The translations under genes were made by a program, and so were the position numbers. From positions 1 to 64,000 of IMG/VR virus record IMGVR_UViG_3300025853_000053: a stretch of DNA of 64,000 nt. The stretch is one strand, 5' to 3'. The stretch is from an uncultured virus (IMG/VR IMGVR_UViG_3300025853_000053) (lineage: Duplodnaviria > Heunggongvirae > Uroviricota > Caudoviricetes). Under the pieces are notes generated by a model. The model ran no database searches, was not told the DNA's origin, and was given only the letters and a program-made list of their open reading frames with translations. Position 1 is the first letter of the stretch. The number at the start of each line of letters is the position of its first letter. This document shows positions 19,029 through 27,022 of this stretch, in pieces.

Positions 19029-19376
19029 TTAGAAAGAGGATTTAAGCCATTCTCGAATTACCATTTCTTTCCCTCTGTCTAATGGGGGAATATCAAACCA
19101 TTTTTTCTTTAGTTGCTTCCTCAGCGAAACTATCTCACCACAAATTTCGTAGTCTTCTTCTGATTCCCAATATGAAATCATCCTGCTACAAAAATCATCT
19201 ATCTTTTCCTCGTCATCGAAAATATAAACGAAATCCTCTGGTTGTAATCTCAAAGCATTTAGAAACAAGTCCTGTACTGCTCTTTCCACATGGCACTTCA
19301 AGATAGCATATTGTGGATGATCGTCAAACGAAGATCCCCAATCAAAAAAGTGATAGCTTCCAGGTCCTATATTCAT
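19029..19376 (-). CDS. hypothetical protein with UVR-like motif
   Basis: YWESEEDYEICGEI; GATATATA at 19401-19408. Confidence 0.65.
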   Translation of the reverse strand: MNIGPGSYHFFDWGSSFDDHPQYAILKCHVERAVQDLFLNALRLQPEDFVYIFDDEEKIDDFCSRMISYWESEEDYEICGEIVSLRKQLKKKWFDIPPLDRGKEMVIREWLKSSF

Positions 19377-19383
19377 TGGTTTG

Positions 19384-19635
19384 TTATGAGTCTAAAAATC
19401 TATATATCTCTATATAAACCTTTTGGTCGACTAAATCGCTAAAATTAACTTTAAGTTTATCCAAAACGAGATCTACCTTATCCTTACCAAAGTTTGAATA
19501 TAATACATCCCTTTTTATTTGCATTTCCATTTCATCGTCCCTTTTATATCTTACGGGAGAATCTTTTAGGTTAAGAATCGTTTTTTCAAATTCTTCAAAT
19601 TTTTTTAGATCTTCTTTTGTTAACTCTTCAGGCAT
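19384..19635 (-). CDS. hypothetical protein
   Basis: 83-aa ORF overlapping the end of uvsE. Confidence 0.6.
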   Translation of the reverse strand: MPEELTKEDLKKFEEFEKTILNLKDSPVRYKRDDEMEMQIKRDVLYSNFGKDKVDLVLDKLKVNFSDLVDQKVYIEIYRFLDS

Positions 19636-20567
19636 AGGATTTGTTCGATATTATTGTGGTAATCTAAAAGGGCTTTATCTTTCTGTTTTACCTCCAATTC
19701 TATATCAAATTCAAATCCATATGTTTCGATCTTTTCGTGTATCCAGTCTGAGTGTGCTAGTTCCTTAGCAGAGGCATCTTCAAACAGTGCTCTGGATTCT
19801 GAAAAGTGAGCTAAAGGGGTTATTCCATCTGGCCATGTATCTATACAAACCTTAAGTGATTGCTTTTCAGAAAGTCCTTGTGGTGGATTACAACGATTAT
19901 GCAGGTAATCGAATGTTATTGGGATACCTATCTGATCATGTACCATATTTTTCAAATCGACTGAGGTGTACTGGGAAGTCTTGTCATCAACCTCAACAAC
20001 CAGTCTTGACTTGACAGATTCAGGGAGCAGATTAAAGTTCTCACAGAATCTTTTTGCAGCTTCCGGTTTCGTGGGTTGTGTTGTATTAACATGTATGTTA
20101 ATCGGATAATAGTGGTTCCTAGGTAAACCCATCAGATCCATAATTTCGCCGTGCTGCCTAAGCTCCTTAATTGCGTTTTCAACAACGTCATTTCTCAGCG
20201 AAGCTAAAACAGAATATGGTGAAGGATGGAAGGTGATTCTTTGTCCGGTTGATAAAGCTACTTCTCCTGCTTCTTTAAGGGAAGCTTTTATATCACTTAT
20301 ATGTGGCAGATCATCAAGCTCATATTCTGAACACCAAGGAAACATGTCGGAACTCATCCTATACATAAGGATTTCATTTTCATGATTCCATTCAAGAATT
20401 CTCTTAAGATCCTTCACGTTTTGCAAAGAAAGTTCAGAAGCATACTCGATGCCCTTTGTTAAAAAGGTCTTTTTGGTCATAGACCTATTTGTTGTAATTC
20501 TATCCTTCTTTTTGACTCCATCGTTTAGAGAAAGATTGATACAACAATATCCGAATTTCCTTTGCAT
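19620..20567 (-). CDS. uvsE: UV damage endonuclease UvsE/UVDE
   Basis: GYCCINL, YRMSSDMFP, RITFHP, NIHV, TFDYLH, HFSES, AHSD, ELEVKQKD. Start moved to MQRKFGY because the longer ORF overlaps the topoisomerase gene. Confidence 0.9.
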   Translation of the reverse strand: MQRKFGYCCINLSLNDGVKKKDRITTNRSMTKKTFLTKGIEYASELSLQNVKDLKRILEWNHENEILMYRMSSDMFPWCSEYELDDLPHISDIKASLKEAGEVALSTGQRITFHPSPYSVLASLRNDVVENAIKELRQHGEIMDLMGLPRNHYYPINIHVNTTQPTKPEAAKRFCENFNLLPESVKSRLVVEVDDKTSQYTSVDLKNMVHDQIGIPITFDYLHNRCNPPQGLSEKQSLKVCIDTWPDGITPLAHFSESRALFEDASAKELAHSDWIHEKIETYGFEFDIELEVKQKDKALLDYHNNIEQILCLKS

Positions 20568-20607
20568 AGGGTAATTATAATGCTTTATCCGTTTGATAAA
20601 AAATGAA

Positions 20608-22386
20608 TCAGGAAAAATTTGATAACCAAACCTTTCTAGCATCAGAAGATTTACCAAAAGCCATCTCAAGCATAGAATTGGATTTCCGGTCCTTTACAAT
20701 CTTTGTAATTTTTTTATTCTTCATTACATAGTCCCAATCATCGAGGGAAAGAGAGCCTAACCCCTTTAAATATCGAACATTTGAAATTCTTTTACCCTGG
20801 CTCTTTGTTTTGAATTCATCCAGTGAATAGTAATAGGTTTTGCTCCTATCACCAACTGAAACCAGAGGGGTTTCTAAAAAGCTTAATCTTTTATTTTCCA
20901 CAATCCATGGGAACCATTTGAAGAAAAGATTAATTAAAAGGGAAGTAATGTGAGCACCGTCAGGATCTTGGTCGGTAGCAATAACTATATTATCATAGGG
21001 ACAAGACAGATCCGGTCTTTCGGGCTCCAAGTTTAGTATTTGCATCAACTCCAGGATCTCTTTGTTGTCAGCAAGATCAGATAAGCTCCTTGCATTTTTT
21101 ATTTTACCCTTGAGAGCATAAACACCATCTCTATTTGGATTTCTTTTTTGCAAAATCGATCCCATTGCACTTAACCCTTCAACTATAAAAAGGTTCTCTG
21201 CATTTCTTGAGGTTGGTGGAAAATATTTGTTGGAAAATTTTACCCTAGTATTCTTTTTCTCTTTCCGTATTCTTTTAAGACTTGCATCTCTTTTTCTTGC
21301 CTCAACCTCTTTCCTAATTTTCTTAAAAAGGGGTGTGCTGTAAAATTTCTTCAGCGAAGAGGAAAAAGTGTTTACAATTATGTTCTCTATATCTTCTCTC
21401 CTGGTGACAAATTTGGTCTTATTCTGATCACCGAATTTTACCAAAGCTGGGGGTAAGTTAATTATTAGACAAAAGTCATAAAAGTGGTGCGCAAGGGAAT
21501 CGTCTAAAGCATTATTAATTTGATCTGCTATTATCTTCTGGTGAATTCCAGTACATATAGCAGAGTTTACGAATGAAAAAGATCCGGAGTTAGGTGTTTT
21601 TTCCCAAATTAGAAGCTCTCCTATTTTTGTTTTATATGAAAGCTGCTTAAATACTGACGTGTCAACCGGAATTGTCTTTCCATCCCAGATGAAATTCAAT
21701 TTAATATCCTTCGTATTTGATTCAGTCTCAAGTACCCTTTTCTTTAACAATAGTTGGGAGAGAAGGACATCCTTGTTCCATTTACACTTATCAAAAATAT
21801 TGGGAAGGGGTGTGAAGCTTACTGTTGTTCCCAATTTATTTCTTCCTTTCTTTAAGATTTTGGGTTTTTGTGCCTTAAAGTTTTTCCACTCCTGATAATA
21901 GTATTCCTTTGCATTAGTGGTCTCAATGGAAAAAAAGCTGGACATAGCATTCACAAGGCTTACCCCCATCCCGTTTGTCCCAATTAGGGTTTCAGAGACG
22001 TTTTCGTTATCAAAATTTGATCCCGCTCTTAACATCGAAACCGCAGTTGCAATATTTGTTAAGCCACTTTTTTTATTAATTGAGGATCCATTTGTAAATC
22101 CCTCACCAGTGTCTGTAATTTTAATTGTGTTGGTTTTGGAATCCACCTCAATTGTAATAGATCCCATGTTCTTTTTCATTCTTTTAGCTTCATCAACACA
22201 ATTGGAAAAAACCTCATCAAACAGCTTATACATTCCAACTGAAAGAGAATATCCCACTGAATCTATCCTATCACTTTTGACCGCGGGGACTACCTCCTCA
22301 CTTAACTTAACAGAGCCAACATAAATAGTAGGCCTTTTTAAAATGTGTTCAAAATCGGTTAATACCTGTATATCTTTTGTAGCCAT
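20608..22386 (-). CDS. type IIA topoisomerase, GyrB/ParE (gp39+60-like) subunit
   Basis: EHILKRPTIYVGS, EVFSNCVDE, DTGEG, GTNGMGVS, IVEGLSA, LKGKI, TDQDPDG, RYLKGLGS. Confidence 0.95.
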   Translation of the reverse strand: MATKDIQVLTDFEHILKRPTIYVGSVKLSEEVVPAVKSDRIDSVGYSLSVGMYKLFDEVFSNCVDEAKRMKKNMGSITIEVDSKTNTIKITDTGEGFTNGSSINKKSGLTNIATAVSMLRAGSNFDNENVSETLIGTNGMGVSLVNAMSSFFSIETTNAKEYYYQEWKNFKAQKPKILKKGRNKLGTTVSFTPLPNIFDKCKWNKDVLLSQLLLKKRVLETESNTKDIKLNFIWDGKTIPVDTSVFKQLSYKTKIGELLIWEKTPNSGSFSFVNSAICTGIHQKIIADQINNALDDSLAHHFYDFCLIINLPPALVKFGDQNKTKFVTRREDIENIIVNTFSSSLKKFYSTPLFKKIRKEVEARKRDASLKRIRKEKKNTRVKFSNKYFPPTSRNAENLFIVEGLSAMGSILQKRNPNRDGVYALKGKIKNARSLSDLADNKEILELMQILNLEPERPDLSCPYDNIVIATDQDPDGAHITSLLINLFFKWFPWIVENKRLSFLETPLVSVGDRSKTYYYSLDEFKTKSQGKRISNVRYLKGLGSLSLDDWDYVMKNKKITKIVKDRKSNSMLEMAFGKSSDARKVWLSNFS

Positions 22387-22405
22387 TAGCTATAATTGTT
22401 TGAGT

Positions 22406-22433
22406 TTATATGTCAAGCGCTTGATTTAATTTC
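22406..22433 (-). promoter_or_regulatory. bipartite promoter-like motif GAAAT-N18-TATAA
   Basis: Between a terminator and topoisomerase B subunit. Confidence 0.5.
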
Positions 22434-22435
22434 AC

Positions 22436-22460
22436 AAAAAAAGCGGGAAGACCCGCTTTT
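22436..22460 (-). terminator. intrinsic terminator
   Basis: aaaagcggg-aaga-cccgctttt stem with U-run. Confidence 0.8.
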
Positions 22461-22481
22461 GTAAAAGTTTATTCATGATGA

Positions 22482-23012
22482 TTACTCACCTGCTGGCTCA
22501 AAATAGATCTCCTCAATCTTGATTGGTAAAATCTTCGCCTCGTATCCCTTATCCTTAAGAGAAACTGGGATTCCTATAACATAATCCTTGCCCTCAATTG
22601 TTTCTACTCGATCAACAATGAATTCAGAATCAAAGAAAATTGTTCTTTTATCACCAAATCTGTTTAGATCAAAATCAAACTCTTCAGCATCTACATCTTT
22701 ATCAATAGATTTTCCGATAGTAGATTTATATTGTCTTGCAAGTCTTTCCCTTTCTTGGTTAATTATATCCTTTACGTAGTCTGGTGCCCCTTTACCCTGT
22801 GTGGGTACTTCTGCAATTGCTGTGATAGATTCAATCTGACCAGCCTCTTTTTGAGCCAAAAGGTCTCTTAATGTAGGGATTACCTCAGAATATTTAAGCT
22901 CCATTTCAGGCCTAACGTTTACGTTTTTTCTGAACTTGGACTCGTCATAAACAGGAGTTACTCCTTCGTAAATAGAATTAGCAAAATCCTCATATAGTTT
23001 TAAATTGTTCAT
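22482..23012 (-). CDS. hypothetical protein, putative head-packaged
   Basis: Starts MNNLKLYEDFANSIYE; GATATATA at 23032-23039. Confidence 0.7.
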   Translation of the reverse strand: MNNLKLYEDFANSIYEGVTPVYDESKFRKNVNVRPEMELKYSEVIPTLRDLLAQKEAGQIESITAIAEVPTQGKGAPDYVKDIINQERERLARQYKSTIGKSIDKDVDAEEFDFDLNRFGDKRTIFFDSEFIVDRVETIEGKDYVIGIPVSLKDKGYEAKILPIKIEEIYFEPAGE

Positions 23013-23030
23013 CTCGAAAAATTTGTTTTT

Positions 23031-23312
23031 TTATATATCTTCAAGGGTTGGGTGTTTAGTAATCTTTACCTTTAATGTACCACTGCCCTTAATTATTCTA
23101 TGCCAGGTACCAGCTTTAATAGATATTTCACCATTACATTTAATTGGAAGCTGGTTATCAAACTGAAACATCCAATCATTGGGTTCAAAAAATTGTATAG
23201 TTCTGTCCTCCCAATCCTGATGCCACTTTAATTCAACCGGATCTATCCCAGAGTCAAAGCATCGGATATACTCTGTGCTTGAAATCTTTTCCTCTGAAAA
23301 TGGCCTTACCAA
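23031..23312 (-). CDS. small cupin-like protein
   Basis: WHQDWEDR...IKAGTWHRIIKG. Confidence 0.6.
   Translation of the reverse strand: MVRPFSEEKISSTEYIRCFDSGIDPVELKWHQDWEDRTIQFFEPNDWMFQFDNQLPIKCNGEISIKAGTWHRIIKGSGTLKVKITKHPTLEDI
23032..23039 (-). promoter_or_regulatory. GATATATA late-promoter-like box
   Basis: Upstream of 23012. Confidence 0.65.
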
Positions 23313-23863
23313 GGGTTAGAAGATTTAAGTCCCAAAAGTTTGTGATATCTATGAACATTACAAGACCAATATCTCGGTTTCCATTTTGGCCCAGGTTCAG
23401 TACAGCGGTGTCTTGCTCTAAATGACTTTGAAGCTTTTTTATCATCGTTTTTTATCCTTTGGCCAGGTTGTCCAAATCTTACCTTTACAACTCTTCCCTC
23501 ACCGTTTTTTGTGTAAACTGCAAATTTTCGAGTTTCCCCTGGAGTTCTAAAAGGCTTATTTAACTTTACCTTTCTTCCTTGGTACTCTTCCTCATTGATC
23601 TCAAATGGAACATCAAGAATAACCTCTTGACCCCTATAATTAGCTTTCTCACCAGCATCTGTGCTGATGAGGAAAACATCATCAAGTCCAAGATCAATCT
23701 CTTCGTTCAACCAAAGTATCCTAGATTCGTTTATTAGATCCAGCCAAGAATCTGATTCAATCCGGTAAACGCTTTCCATTAAGGAAAGGCCTTCGTCTAA
23801 ATGGTACTTAAGAGACTCGCTTATATTGTGGGATGTGTATGATGTAAAGCTCCTTAATTTCAT
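23306..23863 (-). CDS. conserved phage protein with basic C-terminal domain
   Basis: EEYQGRKVKLNKPFR...KFAVY...KVRFG...SFRARHRC...RYWSC; GATATATA 4 nt upstream of ATG. Confidence 0.7.
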   Translation of the reverse strand: MKLRSFTSYTSHNISESLKYHLDEGLSLMESVYRIESDSWLDLINESRILWLNEEIDLGLDDVFLISTDAGEKANYRGQEVILDVPFEINEEEYQGRKVKLNKPFRTPGETRKFAVYTKNGEGRVVKVRFGQPGQRIKNDDKKASKSFRARHRCTEPGPKWKPRYWSCNVHRYHKLLGLKSSNPW

Positions 23864-23867
23864 ACTT

Positions 23868-23875
23868 TATATATC
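23868..23875 (-). promoter_or_regulatory. GATATATA late-promoter-like box
   Basis: 4 nt upstream of ATG 23863. Confidence 0.6.
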
Positions 23876-23909
23876 GATTAGGTATCGAATAAGGTAGAAA
23901 TTATAGGGT

Positions 23910-25196
23910 TTATTGAGCAACCGCCTCCTTAGAATTCATCACCTCAGCTTTCTTTGCAGCTGCTTGTCTATAATGGTCTAAGTTTTTAAGCATCCTTTCT
24001 TTCTCGTTAGGAGGCAAATGATTGAAGAAATCCATACGAACTACAGCATCCATCTTTTCGAAGGCCAATTCAGGATTACCTGTATGGAAAGCCGCTAGGG
24101 CATACTCATCTAAAAGTCTCCATTGCCAAACCTCAGGCTCAACAAAAAGAATATCTGAGGTCCCAGGGTTTTTTACAGCCATATTTCCATAGGTAAATGA
24201 AAGTACCCACCTACCTCTTTCCCTTAGCTTTCTCATGCAATGGAAAACTGCTTCAAGTCTTTCCGGTCTATATTCCCAAGCTCTAGAGTAAGCTTGGATT
24301 ACCTCATCTGGATGTCTTCCTAATTGTTCCTTGATTTTACCAATCATATACATTGAGTAGTATACTTCTTCCTCCCATCCACCAGCTTCGATTCTTCTCT
24401 CATAAGCTTCGATAGCTTTGACCTTTTGGTTAGAATCTCTATAGCTTTGGGCAAGATAGAACATATACCGTGTGTTTGCAGGCTCATCTTCTAATGCTTT
24501 CTCTAGAATTTCTGCATCTTTAGCATATTTCTCCTCAAGTGTATTTGCTCTCTTTAGTGGACTAATGTCAGCATTAACGAAACATTTATCTGCAGGTATT
24601 TGGTACTGGACTAGAGGTTCCTTTCCAGGTAAATCTAAATACTCGTGTAGTACACCTTTGTATACCCAATCCTGATCGGACCTGACTATTTGTGCCCTAT
24701 GGTACTGGAGGTTATTTAGCTTATATAGTATTTGGAAACAATCAACTTTTTCTTTTGGCAAATTGCTAAATGGATTAACGCTAGGATTTGCTACCTGGAA
24801 TGTATCATCAGCATCAATAATCCACCTGTAATCACATTTTCCTTTTGCAAGCTCAAGACTTTCTGTACGATTGACCTCAAAGTTTACCCATGGTCTTTCG
24901 TGGACTTCCCCATCGATACCAAGGTCTTTCATGGTAGAATTAATTTCTTCGATAGTATTATCAGAAGAACCTGTATCAACTATAACGTAGTATGAAATGT
25001 AAGGAGCAACCTGTGTAAGACATCTTCTAATTGTATCCCCTTCATCCTTTACAATCATAACAAGACAGAGAGATATATCCTGCTTAGTTAAATCTAGAGA
25101 CATCTGTGCAGCATCTTGACTGCTTAGGGTATTGATTTTTTGTGGTTTTTTAGAAGAAGTGTTTTTAACCTTTTTCTTTTTGCTCTTTGAAGCCAT
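23910..25196 (-). CDS. GT2 glycosyltransferase with TPR repeats
   Basis: LVMIVKDE, VDTGSSD, IIDADD, GVLHE; TPR-like RYMFYLAQSYRD. Confidence 0.9.
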   Translation of the reverse strand: MASKSKKKKVKNTSSKKPQKINTLSSQDAAQMSLDLTKQDISLCLVMIVKDEGDTIRRCLTQVAPYISYYVIVDTGSSDNTIEEINSTMKDLGIDGEVHERPWVNFEVNRTESLELAKGKCDYRWIIDADDTFQVANPSVNPFSNLPKEKVDCFQILYKLNNLQYHRAQIVRSDQDWVYKGVLHEYLDLPGKEPLVQYQIPADKCFVNADISPLKRANTLEEKYAKDAEILEKALEDEPANTRYMFYLAQSYRDSNQKVKAIEAYERRIEAGGWEEEVYYSMYMIGKIKEQLGRHPDEVIQAYSRAWEYRPERLEAVFHCMRKLRERGRWVLSFTYGNMAVKNPGTSDILFVEPEVWQWRLLDEYALAAFHTGNPELAFEKMDAVVRMDFFNHLPPNEKERMLKNLDHYRQAAAKKAEVMNSKEAVAQ

Positions 25197-25252
25197 AGAA
25201 ACTAAATAATTGTCGTTTCTATTTATACCCCAAATGTTAGAAAAATTTCACC

Positions 25253-25954
25253 TTATCCCCGGGCCAATGAGGTAATTCTTTCTAATATTAGTTCGTCATT
25301 TAGAGTCAAAGAAAAGTCTCCGACAGCTTTAAGGTTCTTTTCCTTTTTTCTAGCAACCAAATCAAGGGTAACAAATCCAGTTTGGTCATCGGGATATTCT
25401 ATTGCTTTCTTTTTTTCATCTTCGCAAACAGGATCAAAAGCCATTCTGCTCATTCCCTTCCCGTTCCAATAAACAAGGGTTAAGTTATCCAATTTACCAT
25501 CAAGAATCTTAACAACCTGATTTTCCCTTAGACATTCAATTCTTATTGTTGATCCACCTCTTTTAAATTTAGTAGAAGGAGTTACCAAAAAATAACCTCT
25601 CCCATAAACAAGTCCAGGTACAGTATTATTTTTTGAAGAAAGCAAAGGTAGAGAGCCTTGGAATCTGTGTCTTTTAAATCTAATTCCAAGTTCCATAAAA
25701 AGCTTTTCTATAATGGGAATTAAATCCTCTACATCGGTCTGTGGTGCATCCAAAATTAGATGTGGGTGCTTACCTCCAATAACTTTGGGCTCTTTAACTT
25801 CTATATCAGCAAAATACCTTAGATAATTCAATACTACATCAAGTATGGTTTCAAGTTGTTCAATCTCCGATAGATTGACTTTCTTCTTGTACTCTAGCTC
25901 AGATTCAACCTTGGCTAAGAAATCATCTACCAATTTCTCGTGATGCTTACTCAT
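25253..25954 (-). CDS. hypothetical protein
   Basis: 233-aa ORF in operon. Confidence 0.7.
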   Translation of the reverse strand: MSKHHEKLVDDFLAKVESELEYKKKVNLSEIEQLETILDVVLNYLRYFADIEVKEPKVIGGKHPHLILDAPQTDVEDLIPIIEKLFMELGIRFKRHRFQGSLPLLSSKNNTVPGLVYGRGYFLVTPSTKFKRGGSTIRIECLRENQVVKILDGKLDNLTLVYWNGKGMSRMAFDPVCEDEKKKAIEYPDDQTGFVTLDLVARKKEKNLKAVGDFSLTLNDELILERITSLARG

Positions 25955-25958
25955 TTTA

Positions 25959-26375
25959 CTATTTTATTCTTTTCCAGGAGAAATCTGTATCTAGCCTAAA
26001 GTGCCCAAAGTAGTGGAACTTGTTATTCCACTCTTCAGGAGAAATTAGGCTTGCAAAAGTTTCTCCCTTTGAATTTTCATATAGATATATCTCTGATCCA
26101 ATATGTGCCTCAAAAGACATATTTGAATTCCATACTAGCTCATTATCCTCAAATTCCTGTAGAAGCTCAGAAATCTGATCCTTGATCTCCCCTGCTCTTT
26201 TGCCAAATTTATGGTTTGAGTGAACTGCAGCACGCTGTTTAAAAAGTGCTAAACCAGAAACATCTATCTTGGGGGATGATACTGATGTTGCATATGGCTT
26301 TAAAAAAGCATCATACTTTTCAGTATCTTCGTTGTATACAATGCTATCAGGAAGTTTTTTCTTTCCCTTCTTCAT
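25959..26375 (-). CDS. DUF2452-like protein
   Basis: PYATSVSSPKI...FEAHIGSEIYLY...SLISPEEW...FRLDTDFSW. Confidence 0.7.
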   Translation of the reverse strand: MKKGKKKLPDSIVYNEDTEKYDAFLKPYATSVSSPKIDVSGLALFKQRAAVHSNHKFGKRAGEIKDQISELLQEFEDNELVWNSNMSFEAHIGSEIYLYENSKGETFASLISPEEWNNKFHYFGHFRLDTDFSWKRIK

Positions 26376-27006
26376 TCTCAGATTTATAAGGAATTCCTAT
26401 TTTGTCCAGCAACTGTTTATAAACTCTTTCAATTTTTTTAGATGCATCGACTTTTACAAGTTTCCTACTCTTTTTGTATTTTTTAACCAGAGGAAGTGTT
26501 TTTTCTTTGTATTCATTAAATCTTTTGGATATAATCTCTGGATCCTTATCATCGGCCCTATTTTCCTTTTCAGCCCTTTTCATAATCCTTTGTTTTGCCT
26601 TGTCCTCATCAAGTTCCAAATAGATCACGTGGCTAAGACCAACTCCTAACTTTCCTAGGAGTGAATCTAGCAATTTTATTTGCTTTATATTCCGTGGGAA
26701 TCCATCAATTATAACACCTCTTTCCAGATCAGCTTTGCCTAATGCTTTCCTAAGCATTCTTACCATTACCCTATCTGGAATAAACTCTCCCCTTTCAACT
26801 GTTTTCTTAAGCTCCTTATCCTTGGAGTTCCTAATTAATTCACCAGTAGAAATATGAGTGAAATCGTTTCTATCAACAAGCTTCTTTGAAATAGTCCCCT
26901 TTCCAGATCCCGGAGGTCCCAGAATAACAAGGATCTCTCCTTGTTTATCTGGGATTTCTCTTTCGTTTATAGAGATGAAATTTTCAAAGCTACGTACCTT
27001 ATCCAT
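26347..27006 (-). CDS. adk: adenylate kinase (short LID) with N-terminal capsid-targeting-like extension
   Basis: GPPGSGKGT, HISTGELIR, IDGFPR, RADD; extension MDKVRSFENFISINE. Confidence 0.9.
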   Translation of the reverse strand: MDKVRSFENFISINEREIPDKQGEILVILGPPGSGKGTISKKLVDRNDFTHISTGELIRNSKDKELKKTVERGEFIPDRVMVRMLRKALGKADLERGVIIDGFPRNIKQIKLLDSLLGKLGVGLSHVIYLELDEDKAKQRIMKRAEKENRADDKDPEIISKRFNEYKEKTLPLVKKYKKSRKLVKVDASKKIERVYKQLLDKIGIPYKSENEEGKEKTS

Positions 27007-27022
27007 TATAAAATTTAATTAT

